Shown here piece by piece: positions 1 to 11,646 of a stretch of 64,000 nt of DNA. Position 1 is the first letter of the stretch; the number at the start of each line of letters is the position of its first letter. The stretch is from Torpedo marmorata (taxonomy: Eukaryota), in contig OZ360233.1 of NCBI GenBank assembly GCA_977017645.1, positions 18,166,001 through 18,230,000 of the forward strand. The letters are read 5' to 3'. Position numbers and translations under genes: made by a program. The notes beneath the pieces were generated by a model. The model saw only the letters and a list, made by a program, of their open reading frames with translations, was not told where the DNA came from and ran no database searches.

Positions 1-650
1 ATTTTGTTTATTCTCCAGGTGGAGCTACAACCCAATCCAATAACTGCTCTTTTCGGGGTTATTGACCCAGACATAGGGAGTTTTTCTGCACCTGTTCAAC
101 GGGTTGTGGCCTTCTCTACATTGTTGGCTAGAAGAGCCATCCTATTCAAAGGGAAAGACTCTAGACCTCCAACAGTGTTTCAATGGTTTTCTCATATTAT
201 GTCTTGTTTAAGCTTAGAAAAGATTAGATATCATGTATTTGATTTATCGGTGAAATTTGAAGAGACATGGCGACTTTTTATGTCTTATTTTCATATGATG
301 TAAGTGATTCTAATGTGATTAGATGTATTTGCTCTTCCTTTGTTTTTTAATTTACGGTAGGAACCAAAAATTACAAAATATATATAACCTTCAGGATAAG
401 CTGCTCAGCTGTTTGTTGTTAGTTTTTTTTATTAGAGTAGGTTAGGTGGTTTTCTAAAAATATATATACATATAATACGTTTGATTTTTTTCATTGTCAC
501 CTATTGCAGTGGAGGGCGGATCGAATTTATACTGTTTGAAGTTTTATTTTAATATATATACACATGTGATGTTGTATTTTCAATTTGTTTCCTTTCCTTC
601 ATTGTATTGTATTTCTTATTAAAATCAATAAAAAACATTGAAAAAGAAAG
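1..650 (+). mobile_element. L1-clade LINE 3' fragment (ORF2 C-terminus, 3' UTR, A-rich tail)
   Basis: ORF 4..303 (LARRAILFK.KDSRPPT...EKIRY...W) resembles the L1/Tx1 ORF2 end; AATAAA and A-rich tail at ~627-650. Confidence 0.7.
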
Positions 651-1250
651 ATTGTTGTTCTGGAACCACCCAACCAGGTTCGTGATTTCCATCGTGCATT
701 TTGGCTCATCGTTTCCAGTTATTCACCCAACACTGGTGGTGTCGACATCTCATTTGTAGATTGAGTTGGAGCTGAACTTGGCTGCACAGTCATGGATGCC
801 CATGGCATGGAGTGGGGGACAAAGCAGGCAGCCTTGGAGTGCTCCTGTGTTGATGACCAGCGGGGAGGTGGTGATGTGGTTGATTAGCACTGTTTGGGTC
901 TGCCAAAGAGGAATTCAAAGATCCAGTCGCAGTGGGATGGACAGAGTTCTACATCCTTCAACTTGGTCATAGGCTTTGCAGGTATGAGGGTGTTGAACGC
1001 CGAGCTGCAGTCAATGAACAACAGCCCCACGAAAGTGTTTCGGTGGTCCAGGTGATTTAATGCAGAGTGGAGAGTCAGCGATATTGCGCCGTCAGTTGAC
1101 CCTTTGTGCCGATAGGTGAACTGAAGTGGGACAAGGTCCTTCCAGAGATAGGAGTAAATTCGCTCCACAACCAACCTCTGAAAACACTTCATCACAGTCG
1201 ATCAACTTGCTCTTCTTGGGCACGTCGGGGAGGGAGGAGATTGGAAGCAA
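651..1250 (-). mobile_element. Rex1/Babar-type LINE reverse transcriptase fragment
   Basis: ORF 884..1195 MKCFQRLV...PLQFTYR...STDGAIS...LLFID.SSAFNT matches Rex1-type RT motifs; degraded. Confidence 0.75.
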
Positions 1251-1542
1251 ACACACCGAAATGCTGGTCTCGCAGAGTCCATAGGAGGGACAGATATCTA
1301 ACCAACGTTTCGGCCTAAGCCCTTTTTCAAGGAATAAGCAAAGCGCAGGAAGGCGTCAGAATAAAAACTGAAAACTGGCAGGTGGAGGAGTCCAGAATAA
1401 CAGGTGTTAATTGGATATGGATGGAGGAGAAGTGAGAATTGATTTTGGCTCTGTGAAGGGAGACACAGGGAGAAGCGAAGAGACATAGACAGAGGCAGAG
1501 AGCGAGAGAGAGAGAAAGGGAGAGAGAGAGAGAGAGAGAGAG

Positions 1543-1591
<49 letters not shown>

Positions 1592-1915
1592 TTGAGATAA
1601 AGAGATCTGGGGGAAAAGCGACAGGAGGAAGAACAACGGGGGATGTTTTACGAAACATTGAGAAGTCGATGTTCATGCGATATGGTTGGAGGTAGCCCAG
1701 ACGGAAGATGAGGTGTTGTTCCTCCAATTTGCGCGTGGTCACTGTCTGGCAGTGCATGAGACCACGGACAGACATGTCAGAAAGTGAGTGGATCGGGGAA
1801 TTGAAATGGGTGGCCACTGGGAGATCCACGCTTTTGCGGCGGAGAGAGCCGAGGTGTTCAACAAAGCGATCTCAAAGACTGCGCCCAGTGTCTGCGATGT
1901 AGAGGAGACAAGAGC
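1251..1915 (-). mobile_element. Penelope-like element 3' fragment (GIY-YIG endonuclease C-terminus) with internal (GA)n/(GATA)n microsatellite
   Basis: PVATHFNSP.HS.SDMSV.GL.HC....RKLEEQHLIFRLG.LQP.G.NIDFS motif. The element is absent at the paralogous site near 49390. Confidence 0.65.
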
Positions 1916-1991
1916 AGACTGGAAACGAAGCAGGAGCGGGAAGGGCAGAGAAATACAACCAGAGAGACTGCATTTAGAGCTGCTCGTTTAT

Positions 1992-2096
1992 ATTGGTTCC
2001 AGCGCAGCGTCATCCAGAGGGAATGACCAATCCTGTGCGAGGGAAAGCCAACAATCTCGGAGCGGCGGCTGCTGCTGACGTGAAGTTGTAAATATA
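1992..2096 (+). promoter_or_regulatory. Family A V promoter module (ATTGG, CGTCA, CCAAT, TGACGTGA CRE-like, AT-rich TATA-like)
   Basis: The same ordered motifs lie 50-160 nt upstream of every family A ATG; CRE-type elements are typical of TCR V promoters. Confidence 0.55.
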
Positions 2097-2147
2097 GCAG
2101 GACATCATGTGAGAAAATATTCATCCTTTGACCTTCATTCGGACTCC

Positions 2148-2577
2148 ATGTCCCTCAAGAGGTACCTGCTGACTGTATGGGCCATTCTGGCAGGTGAGTC
2201 TCTGTCTGATCAGTCAGTGCGTCCCGCGGATTCAGCGCAATCCCGTGCCGCTCACACACTCCGTGTTTCATTCCAGACACGAGTGGGGATGAATCCGTGA
2301 CCCAAGGACCTCCGGAAATAACGGCCGAGGAAAGACAGACCGTGCCACTGAGCTGTAGTTACTCGACGAGTCACGCCGGATATTTTTGGTACCTTCAACA
2401 TCTTGGAGAACCTCCCAAATATTTGGTGAAAATGTACAGCTCGGGAGAAGTGGTTCCGTCTCACGATTGTCCGGATCGGATGTCGGGATCTTTGGAGAAA
2501 AAGAGCCAGCGCTTTCACTTGACTATCTCTGGGGCTCTTGTGGAGGACTCCGCCGTGTATTTCTGCGCCATGTGGCA
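2148..2577 (+). CDS. V segment A1: open frame but defective RSS heptamer
   Basis: Leader 2148-2193 (MSLKRYLLTVWAILA), GT-AG intron 2194-2276, V exon 2277-2577 ending YFCAMW. RSS 2578-2616 AACACTG-23-ACAAAAACT lacks the essential CAC. Confidence 0.85.
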
Positions 2578-3035
2578 AACACTGTTCCTGGGCGATGACG
2601 GATCCGCACAAAAACTCGATTTGAGAATGAGGAAGGTGCCGTGCAGCGCCGCGATTTACCCTTGCGTGAGCAAAGGCGTTTCTCTTCCTCCCCGATCCGA
2701 GAAAAACGGGGATCAATGTGAACAGCGTTTTACCAGAGAGGAGCGGAGACAGGAAATGAAGGTGAAGAGAGTAAGCGAGAGATTGATAGAAATTGAGAGA
2801 GAGAGGAAGAGAGAGATTATGTTGAGCAGTGAGAGAGAGAGGGAGTGAATGGAAGAGGGAGGGATGTGATGGAGGAAGAGAGACGAAAACGCAAGGGAGG
2901 GTGACAGAGAGCGGTACTGAGAGAGAGTATGATAGTGAGTGAATGAGGGATACATTGAGCGAGGAGGATGGGGAGTGAGCGGGAGTGGGTTCAGAGAGAG
3001 AGAGAGAGAGACAGACAGAGCGAGAGCGAGAGAGA

Positions 3036-3077
<42 letters not shown>

Positions 3078-3262
3078 TGTGGAATATACAGAGAGGCGGA
3101 GAAACGCGACAAGGACGGAGAATGGGAGACGGTCGGCATAAACTACCTGCTCAATGGTAGCGTCACCCTGACCTAACAAGAAATGCTGTGCGACAAAAAC
3201 GGCCGGTGCGTCCCACGGGGTTGGATGCTCCTGACTTCACCCCATCTCGTATATCGGTGTAA

Positions 3263-3565
3263 CCTGAGGAAATGTTCTTGTTTTGACCTACATTCTTGTC
3301 ACTGAGCTGCAGTTACTTGATGAGTACCTGCGTACAGTTTTGGTACATTCAATATCTTGGAGAACCTCCCAGGTTTTGATGAAAATGTACAGCTGAGGCG
3401 ATGTGGTTACGTCTCTGATTGCGGAAGAAGATGTCGGGTTTCTTTGAGACAAAGATCCAGAGGGTCCACTTGACTGTCTACGGGAAGCTTGAGTCGGACT
3501 CCGCCGTGTATATCTGCGTCGTGAAGCCCACTATTCCAGACCGATATCGGGTCATTATAAAACGA
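3263..3565 (+). pseudogene. V pseudogene B1 (leader to FR1 deleted)
   Basis: 5' UTR joined directly to GTCACTGAGCTGC; frameshifts and stop; degenerate RSS CCCACTA...ATAAAACGA. Confidence 0.8.
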
Positions 3566-3582
3566 AATCAAAATGGTCAGTG

Positions 3583-3596
3583 CCACCAGGGGGCGT
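3583..3596 (+). promoter_or_regulatory. CTCF-like motif CCACCAGGGGGCGT 3' of B1 RSS relic
   Basis: Near-perfect match to the CTCF core CCASYAGRKGGCRS; identical at 10324, 23005, 29760, 36027, 50112 and 57236. Confidence 0.65.
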
Positions 3597-4448
3597 GCTC
3601 CTCCCACAACACATTGCGGACCAGTGCACAGGACGGAGTCGGCAACTGTGCCTCCGGGCGAGAGTCGTCTCTAAAATGCAGCGCAGAGGTTGAGCCTCGC
3701 GTGATCAACGACGTTTGTCTCACTCTCTGTTCCGAGGCGGAGGGGAGGAATTGAGAGAAAAGCGCGGAATCTGGTGGTTCACCTTTTGCGAGAGAGGGGG
3801 AGAGACAGGATCTGCTGAGAAAGGGAGTGAGCGAAAGGGTGAAAGAAATTCAGTAGAAAGAAGGTGAGGAGTGAGAGAGAGTGAATGATAGAGAGAGATC
3901 GTGATTGACGAAGAGAGATATCACAGGAGGGAGGCAGTGGGGAGGGAGTGGTAAGTAAGGAAGAGTGTGAAAATTATTTAATGAAGGAGACATTGAGAGT
4001 GCCAGAGCGGGAGAGGGACAGAGGGAATGTGTGACAGTGGGAGAAAGAGATTGAAGGGAGGGGAGCGACAGGCACTGCTCTCGAAAGATTACATAAGTGT
4101 AAGACGGAGTCGCGTAGAGGTAGGAAGCTTAACAGAACGCGAGAAGGGGCGTGAGGGTGCAGGAAAACGAGTGAAGTTGATGGAAAGGGCCGAACGAGAG
4201 AAAAGAAGTGAGAGACGTGGGGAGTGTAAATATAGGTGGAGAAACACGTCCGAAAAAGACGGAGAATGAGAAACGGCCAACATTAACAACCAGTTTTCAT
4301 TGGTTCAACAACGGCGCTCTCTTGAGCCTATGTACGAGTAGGGCGCCCTCCTGTGTGTCCCAGAGGACGGGCAGCAACTAACGAGACCCCATTGTCTGAT
4401 ATCGGGGCAGAATATGGAAATATTCGGCTGTTCACCTTCATTCTGGCT

Positions 4449-4906
4449 TCCTCACCATCCAGCAGTTTGCTGATTCTATGGGCCGTTCTATTTGGCGAGT
4501 CTCTGTCTGATAGGTCAGCGCGTGTCCCTCCCGGCTCAGCGCAATTCCTCGCATATCACACACTGCGTGTTTCATTCCAGGCACAAATGTGGAAAACTAG
4601 TGACCCACGGACAGATGGAACGGATGGCCGCGGGAAGTGTCGCTGAGCTCATGTCAGCCGAAAAAGGTTACCGTATGTTTTTGGTACATTCAAATTCCCG
4701 TGGGGACTTGGATTTATTTGCTGAAAATCTACAGCGCAGGAGATGAGGTTCCGTGTCACGATTGTCCGGACAGGATGACGGGTTCCTTGGAGAAAAGGGG
4801 CCGGATACCTTAATATCTCCAAAGCTCTTGAAGCGGACGTGGCCGTTTATGTCTGCGTGGTGCGGCTCACACTGTTCCTGGGATATTACGGAGACGCACA
4901 AAAGCT
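4449..4906 (+). pseudogene. V pseudogene C1 with retained RSS
   Basis: Leader without in-frame ATG, GC donor, frameshifted V exon; RSS 4868-4906 CACACTG-23-ACAAAAGCT. Confidence 0.8.
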
Positions 4907-5326
4907 CATTCTGAGATGGGAAGTGGTTTGAGAGAAAATGATAGAAAGAAGACGGGAGAGCGTGTTAAGGTTTGCGAAAAGTTAAGCAGGTGAAAACGTG
5001 AGACAGAGTGAGGTAGAGCAATAGAACGAAAGAAGGGGAGAGAGGGTGGAGTGAGTGAAAGCGAGGGAGGAGATACACAGATGTAAGCAGAAAGATGCGG
5101 GGAGTGTACAGATAGAGGGTGATATTTGCGTGAAGGACCGGGAACGAGATGCAGACTGTCTTATCAACTAGGTCTGATTTGTTCAATAATGGCCACTCGA
5201 ACCAATCCTGTGTGAAGGAAACACTCACATATCTGTCCTTGGCGTTGGTTCGCTCATAACATCGCCCCGCCCCTTGTATAGCGGTAACACAAAGAAATAT
5301 TCGATTTTGACCTTAATCCGCGTACC

Positions 5327-5372
5327 ATGTCCTCCCTGAGTTGTTTGCTGATTCTGTGGGCCGTTCTGACTG
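5327..5372 (+). other. Orphan/upstream leader exon L0-1
   Basis: ATG, MSSLSCLLILWAVLT+G, GTGAGT donor; no V exon of its own before D1. Confidence 0.8.
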
Positions 5373-5697
5373 GTGAGTCTGTCTGATTGGTCAGCGAAGT
5401 CTGTCCTTCGTCCTTGCTCTACGAGTCTCACTCTTTAACTTAATTAAAGGTGGACAATTTCCCCAAGTCATACCCTCTCCGTCACACGTTCTCCCACCGT
5501 TTACTCATTTACACACTCTCTGTTTACTGAACTTCCTCACGGTCGCTCTGTCGCTCTATCTCTCTCTCCCTCTGTTCTCGTGAGAGGGAAACGGCCCGCT
5601 TCTCCAACAGAGTTTCTGCTGCTTCTGACGTGAGGTTGCGCTCTTCTATCGGGCGAGCATTTTAAAATATCCTTCCTTCGAATTTAATCCGGGCATC

Positions 5698-6124
5698 ATG
5701 TTCCTCCTGAGTTGTTCGCTGATTCTATGGGCCGTTCTGCCTGGTGAGACTAATTGATCAATACGTGTCCCGCGGGGTCAGTGCCGTTTCGCGCCGTTCA
5801 CACATTCTGTCTTTTGTTACAGGGGCCAGTGGGAACAATTCAGTGACCCAAGAACCCCCGGAATTGATTGTCAACGAAGGGCAGATCGTATCACTGAGCT
5901 GCAGTTACTCGATTAATCCCGCTGCATTTGTTTTGGTACATTCAACGTCCAGGAGAATCTCCCAAATATTTGCTGAAAATCTACACGTCAGGGGATGTGG
6001 TTCCGTCTCCCGATTGTCCGGAGAGGATATCAGGTTCATTGAAGAAAAAGAGCCAGACATTCCACCTCAATAACTCGAAAACCCTTGTGGAGGATTCTGC
6101 CGTGTATCTCTGCGCCGTGAAGCT
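5698..6124 (+). pseudogene. V segment D1 (+1 frameshift near CDR1)
   Basis: Leader 5698-5743, intron 5744-5822. GCATTTGTTTTGG has one more T than D5 (GCATTGTTTTGG), possibly a homopolymer error. RSS 6125-6163 intact. Confidence 0.8.
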
Positions 6125-6454
6125 CACACTGTTCCAGGGCGGTGGCAGATCCGCACAAAAACTCACCTCGAGACATTGAATCGGACCCTATGGCTAGGGG
6201 GCGCTCTCGGCCACTCAATGGAAGCGACTACACGACCTTCCTGGAGAGTCTGCTGTAACGCCGAGATGCAGGATATTTGCCCTCCTCTGAGCGTTTCTCT
6301 TTCTCTGCGTCCTCAGTGTCTGATTCCGTAATTTGAGGTGGACGGTAGGAAGTCAGGGAGAGAGAAGGAAATGGATAGCTGTTTCCAAGAATATTGTAGG
6401 AAAAGGGAAGGAGTGTTCTTGTGATGGAAATTGAGAGATTAAAAAAAGTGGTGT

Positions 6455-8475
6455 GGGTAGGACAGGAGCGTTACCCCTCGGCCTGTCCTTCCTAAAATCA
6501 ACAAGCTCCTTGGTCTTGGTGTCATTAAGAAAAAGATTGTTTATACTCCAGGTGGAGCTACGACCCAATCCAATAACTGCGCTTTTCGGGGTTTTTGATC
6601 CTGACATAGGGAGTTTTTCTGTACCTGTTCAACGGGTTGTGGCCTTCTCTACATTGTTGGCTAGGTGAGACATCCCATTCAAATGGAAAGACTCTGGATC
6701 TCCAACAGTGGTTCAATATTTTCCTCGTAATTATGTCTTGTTTAAGCTTAGAAAAAAATTAGAAATTATGCATTGGATTCATCGGTGAAATTTTAAGATA
6801 CATGGCGACCTTTTATGTCTTATTTTCATATGATGTAAGTGTTTCTAATGTAATTAGATGTATTTACTCTTCCTTTGTTTTTTGATTTACGGTAGGAACC
6901 AAAAATTACAAAATATATATAACCTTCAGGATAAGCTGCTCAGCTGTTCTTTGTTAGTTGTTTTTTTTTTAATTAGTGTAGGTTCGGTGGTTTTTTTTAT
7001 ATATAATACTTTTGATTTTTTAAAAAATGGTCACCTATTGCAGTGGAGGGGGGATCGAATTTATACTGTTTGAAGTTTTATTTTAATATTTATAAATGTG
7101 TGATATTGTATTTTCAATTTCGTTCACTTTTCTTGATTGTATTGTATTTCTTATAAAAATAAAAATAAAAAGATTGAAAAAGAAAGATTGTTGTTCTGGA
7201 ACCACCCAACCAGGTTCTTGATTTCCATCCTGCATTCTGGCTCATCTTTTCCAGTTATTCACCCAACACTGGTGGTGTCGACATCTCATTTGTAGATTGA
7301 GTTGGAGCTGAACTTGGCTGCACAGTCATGGATGCCCATGGCATGGAGTGGGGGACAAAGCAGGCAGCCTTGGAGTGCTCCTGAGTTGATGGTCAGCGAG
7401 GAGGTGGTTGATTAACACTGTTTGGGACTGCCAAAGAGGAATTCAAAGATCCAGTCGCAGTGGGATGGACAGAGTTCTAGATCCTTCAGCTTGGTCATAG
7501 GCTTTGCAGGTATGAGGGTGTTGAACGCCGAGCTGTAGTCAATGAACAACAGCTCCACGAAGGTGTTTCGGTGGTCCAGGTGATTTAATGCAGAGTGGAG
7601 AGTCAGCGATATGACGCCGTCAGTTGACCTTTTGTGGCGATAGGTGAACTGAAGTGGGACCAGGTCCTTCCAGAGATAGGAGTAAATTCGCTCCATAATC
7701 AACCTCTGAAAACACTTCATCACAGTCGGTCAACTTGCTCTTCTTGGGCAAGTCGGGGAGGGAGGAGATTGGAAGCAAATACACACCGAAATGCCGGAGG
7801 AACACAGCCGGTCTCGCAGCGTCCATAGGAGGGACAGATATCTAACCAACGTTTCCGCCTAAGCCCTTGTTCAAGAATAAGCAAAGCTCAGGAAGGCGTC
7901 AGAATAAAAACTGACGACTGGCAGGGGCAGGAGTCCAGAATAACAGGTGTTAATTGGATATGGATGGAGGAGAAGTGAGAATTGATTTTGGCTCTGTGAA
8001 GGGAGNNNNNNNNNNNNNNNNNNNNNNNNNNNNNNNNNNNNNNNNNNNNNNNNNNNNNNNNNNNNNNNNNNNNNNNNNNNNNNNNNNNNNNNNNNNNNNN
8101 NNNNNNNNNNNNNNNNNNNNNNNNNNNNNNNNNNNNNNNNNNNNNNNNNNNNNNNNNNNNNNNNNNNNNNNNNNNNNNNCGATGGGAGGAAGAACAACGG
8201 GGGATGTAGAACGAAAAATTGAGAAGTCGATGTTAATGCCACCCGGTTGGAGGTATCCCAGACGGAAGATGAGGTGTTGTTCCTCCAATTTGCACGTGGT
8301 CACAGTCTGGCCGTGCATGAGTCCACGGACAGACATGTCCGAAAGTGAGTGGATCGGGGAATTGAAATGGGTGGCCACTGGGAGATCCACGCGATGGCGG
8401 CGGAGAGAGCCGAGGTGCTCAACAAAGCGATCTCAGAGTCTGCGCCCAGTGTCTGCGATGTAGAGGAGACAAGAG
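6455..8475. mobile_element. TE block copy: Rex1 (-) interrupted by L1 3' fragment (+), then Penelope-like fragment (-); N gap 8006-8179
   Basis: Collinear with 1-1915; Rex1 KTKELVDFRK stub precedes the L1 piece. Confidence 0.75.
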
Positions 8476-8708
8476 CAGACTGGAAACGAAGCATGTACGG
8501 GAAGGGCAGAGAAAGACAACCAGAGAGACTGCATTTAGACCTGCTCATTTATATTGGTTCCAGCGCAGCGTCATCCTGAGGGAATGACCAATCCTGTGCG
8601 AGGGAATGCCGCCATTCTCGGAGCGGCGGCTGCTGCTGACGTGAAGTTGTAAATATAGCAGGACAACATGTTAGAAAATATTCATCCTTTGACCTTCATT
8701 CTGACACC

Positions 8709-9138
8709 ATGTCCCTCAAGAGGTACCTGCTGACTGTATGGGCCATTCTGGCAGGTGAGTCTCTGTCTGATCAGTCAGTGCGTCCCGCGGATTCAGCGCA
8801 ATCCCGTGCCGCTCACACACTCCGTGTTTCATTCCAGACACGAGTGGGGAGGAATCCGTGACCCAAGGACCGCCGGAAATGACGGCCGAGGAAATGCAGA
8901 CCGTGCCACTGAGCTGCAGTTACTCGACGAGTCACACCGCATATTTGTGGTACCTTCAACATCTTGGAGAACCTCCCAAATATTTGGTGAAAATGTAGAG
9001 CTCGGGAGAAGTGGTTCCGTCTCACGATTGTCCGGATTGGATGTCGGGTTCTTTGGAGAAAAAGAACCAGCGCTTTCACTTGAGTATCTCTGGGGCTCTT
9101 GTGGAGGACTCCGCCACGTATTTCTGCGCATTGCGGCC
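8709..9138 (+). pseudogene. V segment A2 (nonsense mutation)
   Basis: Leader 8709-8754, exon from 8838; TAC>TAG at 8996-8998; RSS 9139-9177 CACACTG-23-ACAAAAACT. Confidence 0.85.
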
Positions 9139-9557
9139 CACACTGTTCCTGGGCGATGACGGATCCGCACAAAAACTCGATTTGAGAATGAGGAAGGTGC
9201 CGTGCAGCGCCGCGATTTACCCTTGCGTGAGCAAAGGCGTTTCTCTTCCTCCCCGTTCCGAGAAAAACGGGGATCAATGTGAACAGCGTTTTACCAGAGA
9301 GGAGCGGTGACAGGAAATAAAGGGAAAGAGAGTTAGCGAGAGACTGATAGAAATTGAGAGAGAGAGAGGAAGAGAGAGATTAAGTTGAGCAGTGAGAGAG
9401 AGGGAGTGAATGGAAGAGGGAGGGATGTGATGGACGAAGAGAGACGAAAACGCAAGAGATGGCGACCGAGAGCGGTACTGAGAGAGAATATGATAGAGAG
9501 TGAATGAGGGATACATTGAGCGAGGAGGATGGGGAGTGAGCGGGAGTGGGTTCAGAA

Positions 9558-9588
<31 letters not shown>

Positions 9589-9859
9589 GAGAGAGGGAGA
9601 GCGAGAGAGGGAGAGAGAGAGAGAGAGTGAGAGATGTGGAGTATACAGAGAGGCAGTGAAACGCGAGAAGGACGGAGAATGGGAGACGGTCGGCATTAAC
9701 AACCTGCTCAATGGTAGCGTCAACCTGACCCAACAAGAAATGCTGTGCGACGAAAACGACCGGTGCGTCCCCCGGGGTTGGATGCTCCTGACTTCACCCC
9801 ATCTCGTATATCGGAGTAACATGAGGAAATGTTCTTCTTTTGACTTACACTCGGGCACC

Positions 9860-10306
9860 ATGTACCCCCTGATATGTTTGCTGACTCTATCGGCCGTTCT
9901 GCCTGGTGAGTGTCTCTCTGGTTTATCAGCACGTGTCCGCCCGGTTCAGCGATTCGTGTTTAGTTCTCGAAATGATTGGGGAAGTTTATGTAACCTATGG
10001 ACCGCCGGAACGCATGACAGAGGAATTACAGACCGTGTCACTGAGCTGCAGTTACTTGATGAGTACCTCCGCACAGTTTTGGTACATTCAATATTCTGGA
10101 GAATCTCCCAGATTTTGATGAAAATGTACAACTGCGGCGATGTGGTTACGCCTCAAGATTGCGGAAGAAGATGTCGGATTTCTTTGAGGCAAAGAGCCAG
10201 AGGTTCCACACTGACTGTCTACGGGACGCTTGAGTCGGACTCCGCCGTGTAAATCTGCGTCGTGAAGCCCACTATTCCAGAGCGATACCGAGTCAGTATA
10301 AAACGA
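9860..10306 (+). pseudogene. V pseudogene B2
   Basis: Leader MYPLICLLTLSAVLP, acceptor AG lost, frameshifts, TAA near 3' end, degenerate RSS. Confidence 0.8.
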
Positions 10307-11189
10307 AATCGAAATGGGCAGTGCCACCAGGGGGCGTGCTCTTCCCCCAACACCGTGCGGACCAGTGCACAGGACGGAGTTGGCAACTGTGCCTCCCGGG
10401 CGAGAGTCGTCTCTAAATTGCAGCGCAGAGGTTGAGCCTCGCGTGATCAAGGACGTTTGTCTCACCACTGTTCCGAGGCGGAGGGGAGGAATTCAGAGAA
10501 AAGCTCGAATCTGGTGCTCCCCCTTTTGCGAGAGAGGGGGAGAGACAGTGTCTGCTGCGAAAGGAAGTGAGCGAAAGGGTGAAAGAAATTCAATGAGAAA
10601 GAAGGTGAGGAGTGAGAGAGAGTGAATGAAAGGGAGAGATCGTGATTGACGAAGAGAGATATCACAGGAGGGAGGCAGTGGGGAGGGAGTGGTTAGTAAG
10701 GAAGAGTGTGAAAATTATTTAATGAAGGAGACATTGAGAGTGCAAGAGCGGGAGAGGGACATAGGGAATGTGTGCCAGTGGGAGAAAGAGATTGAAGGGA
10801 GGGGAGCGATACGCACTGCTCTCGAAAGATTAAATAAGTGTACGACGGAGTTGCGTAGAGGTAGGAAGCTAAACAGAGCGCGAGAAGGGGCGTGAAGGTG
10901 CAGGAAAACGAGTGAAGGTGATCGAAAGGGCGGAACGAGAGAAAAGAAGAGAGAGACGTGGGGAGTGTAAATATAGGTGGAGAAACACGTCAGAAAAAGA
11001 CGGAGAATGAGAAACGGCCAACATTAACAACCAGTTTTCATTGGTTCAACAACGGCGCTCTCTTGAGCCCATGTGCGAGGAGGGCGCCCTCCTGTGTGTC
11101 CTAGAGGACGGGCTGCTACTAACGAGACCCCACTGTCTTATATCGGGGCAGAATATGGAAATATTCGGCTGTTCACCTTCATTCTGGCT

Positions 11190-11646
11190 TCCTCACCATC
11201 CAGTAGTTTGTTGATTCTATGGGCCGTTCTGCTTGGCGAGTCTCTGTCTGATTGGTCAGCGCGTGTCCCTCCCGGCTCAGCGCAATTCCTCGCATATCAC
11301 ACACTGCGTGTTTCATTGCAGGCACATATATGGAAATCTAGTGAGCCACGGACCGATGGAACGGATGGCCGCGGGAAGTGTCGCTGAGCTCTGGTTACCC
11401 GAAAAAGGCTGCCGTATGTTTTTGGTACATTCAAATTCCCGTGGAGTCTTGGATATATTTGCTGAAAATCACAGCGCAGGAGATGAGGTTCCGTGTCACG
11501 ATTGTCCGGACAGGATGACGGGTTCCTTGGAGAAAAGGGGCCGGATACCTTAATATCTCCGAAGCTCTTGAAGCGGACCTGGCCGTTTATGTCTGCGCGG
11601 TGCGGCTCACACTATTCCTGGGATATTGCGGAGACGCACAAAAGCT
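11190..11646 (+). pseudogene. V pseudogene C2
   Basis: As C1; RSS 11608-11646 CACACTA-23-ACAAAAGCT. Confidence 0.8.

Noticed and set aside
2252-3179. Long ORFs rich in SL/ER repeats on both strands (also near 9274, 21955, 28559, 56263)
   Set aside because: Translations of (GA)n/(TC)n microsatellites and antisense V exons.
5600-5635. Cryptic acceptor (CCAACAG) between L0 and the proximal leader giving a longer fused leader
   Set aside because: Splicing there reaches TGA/TAA within about seven codons.
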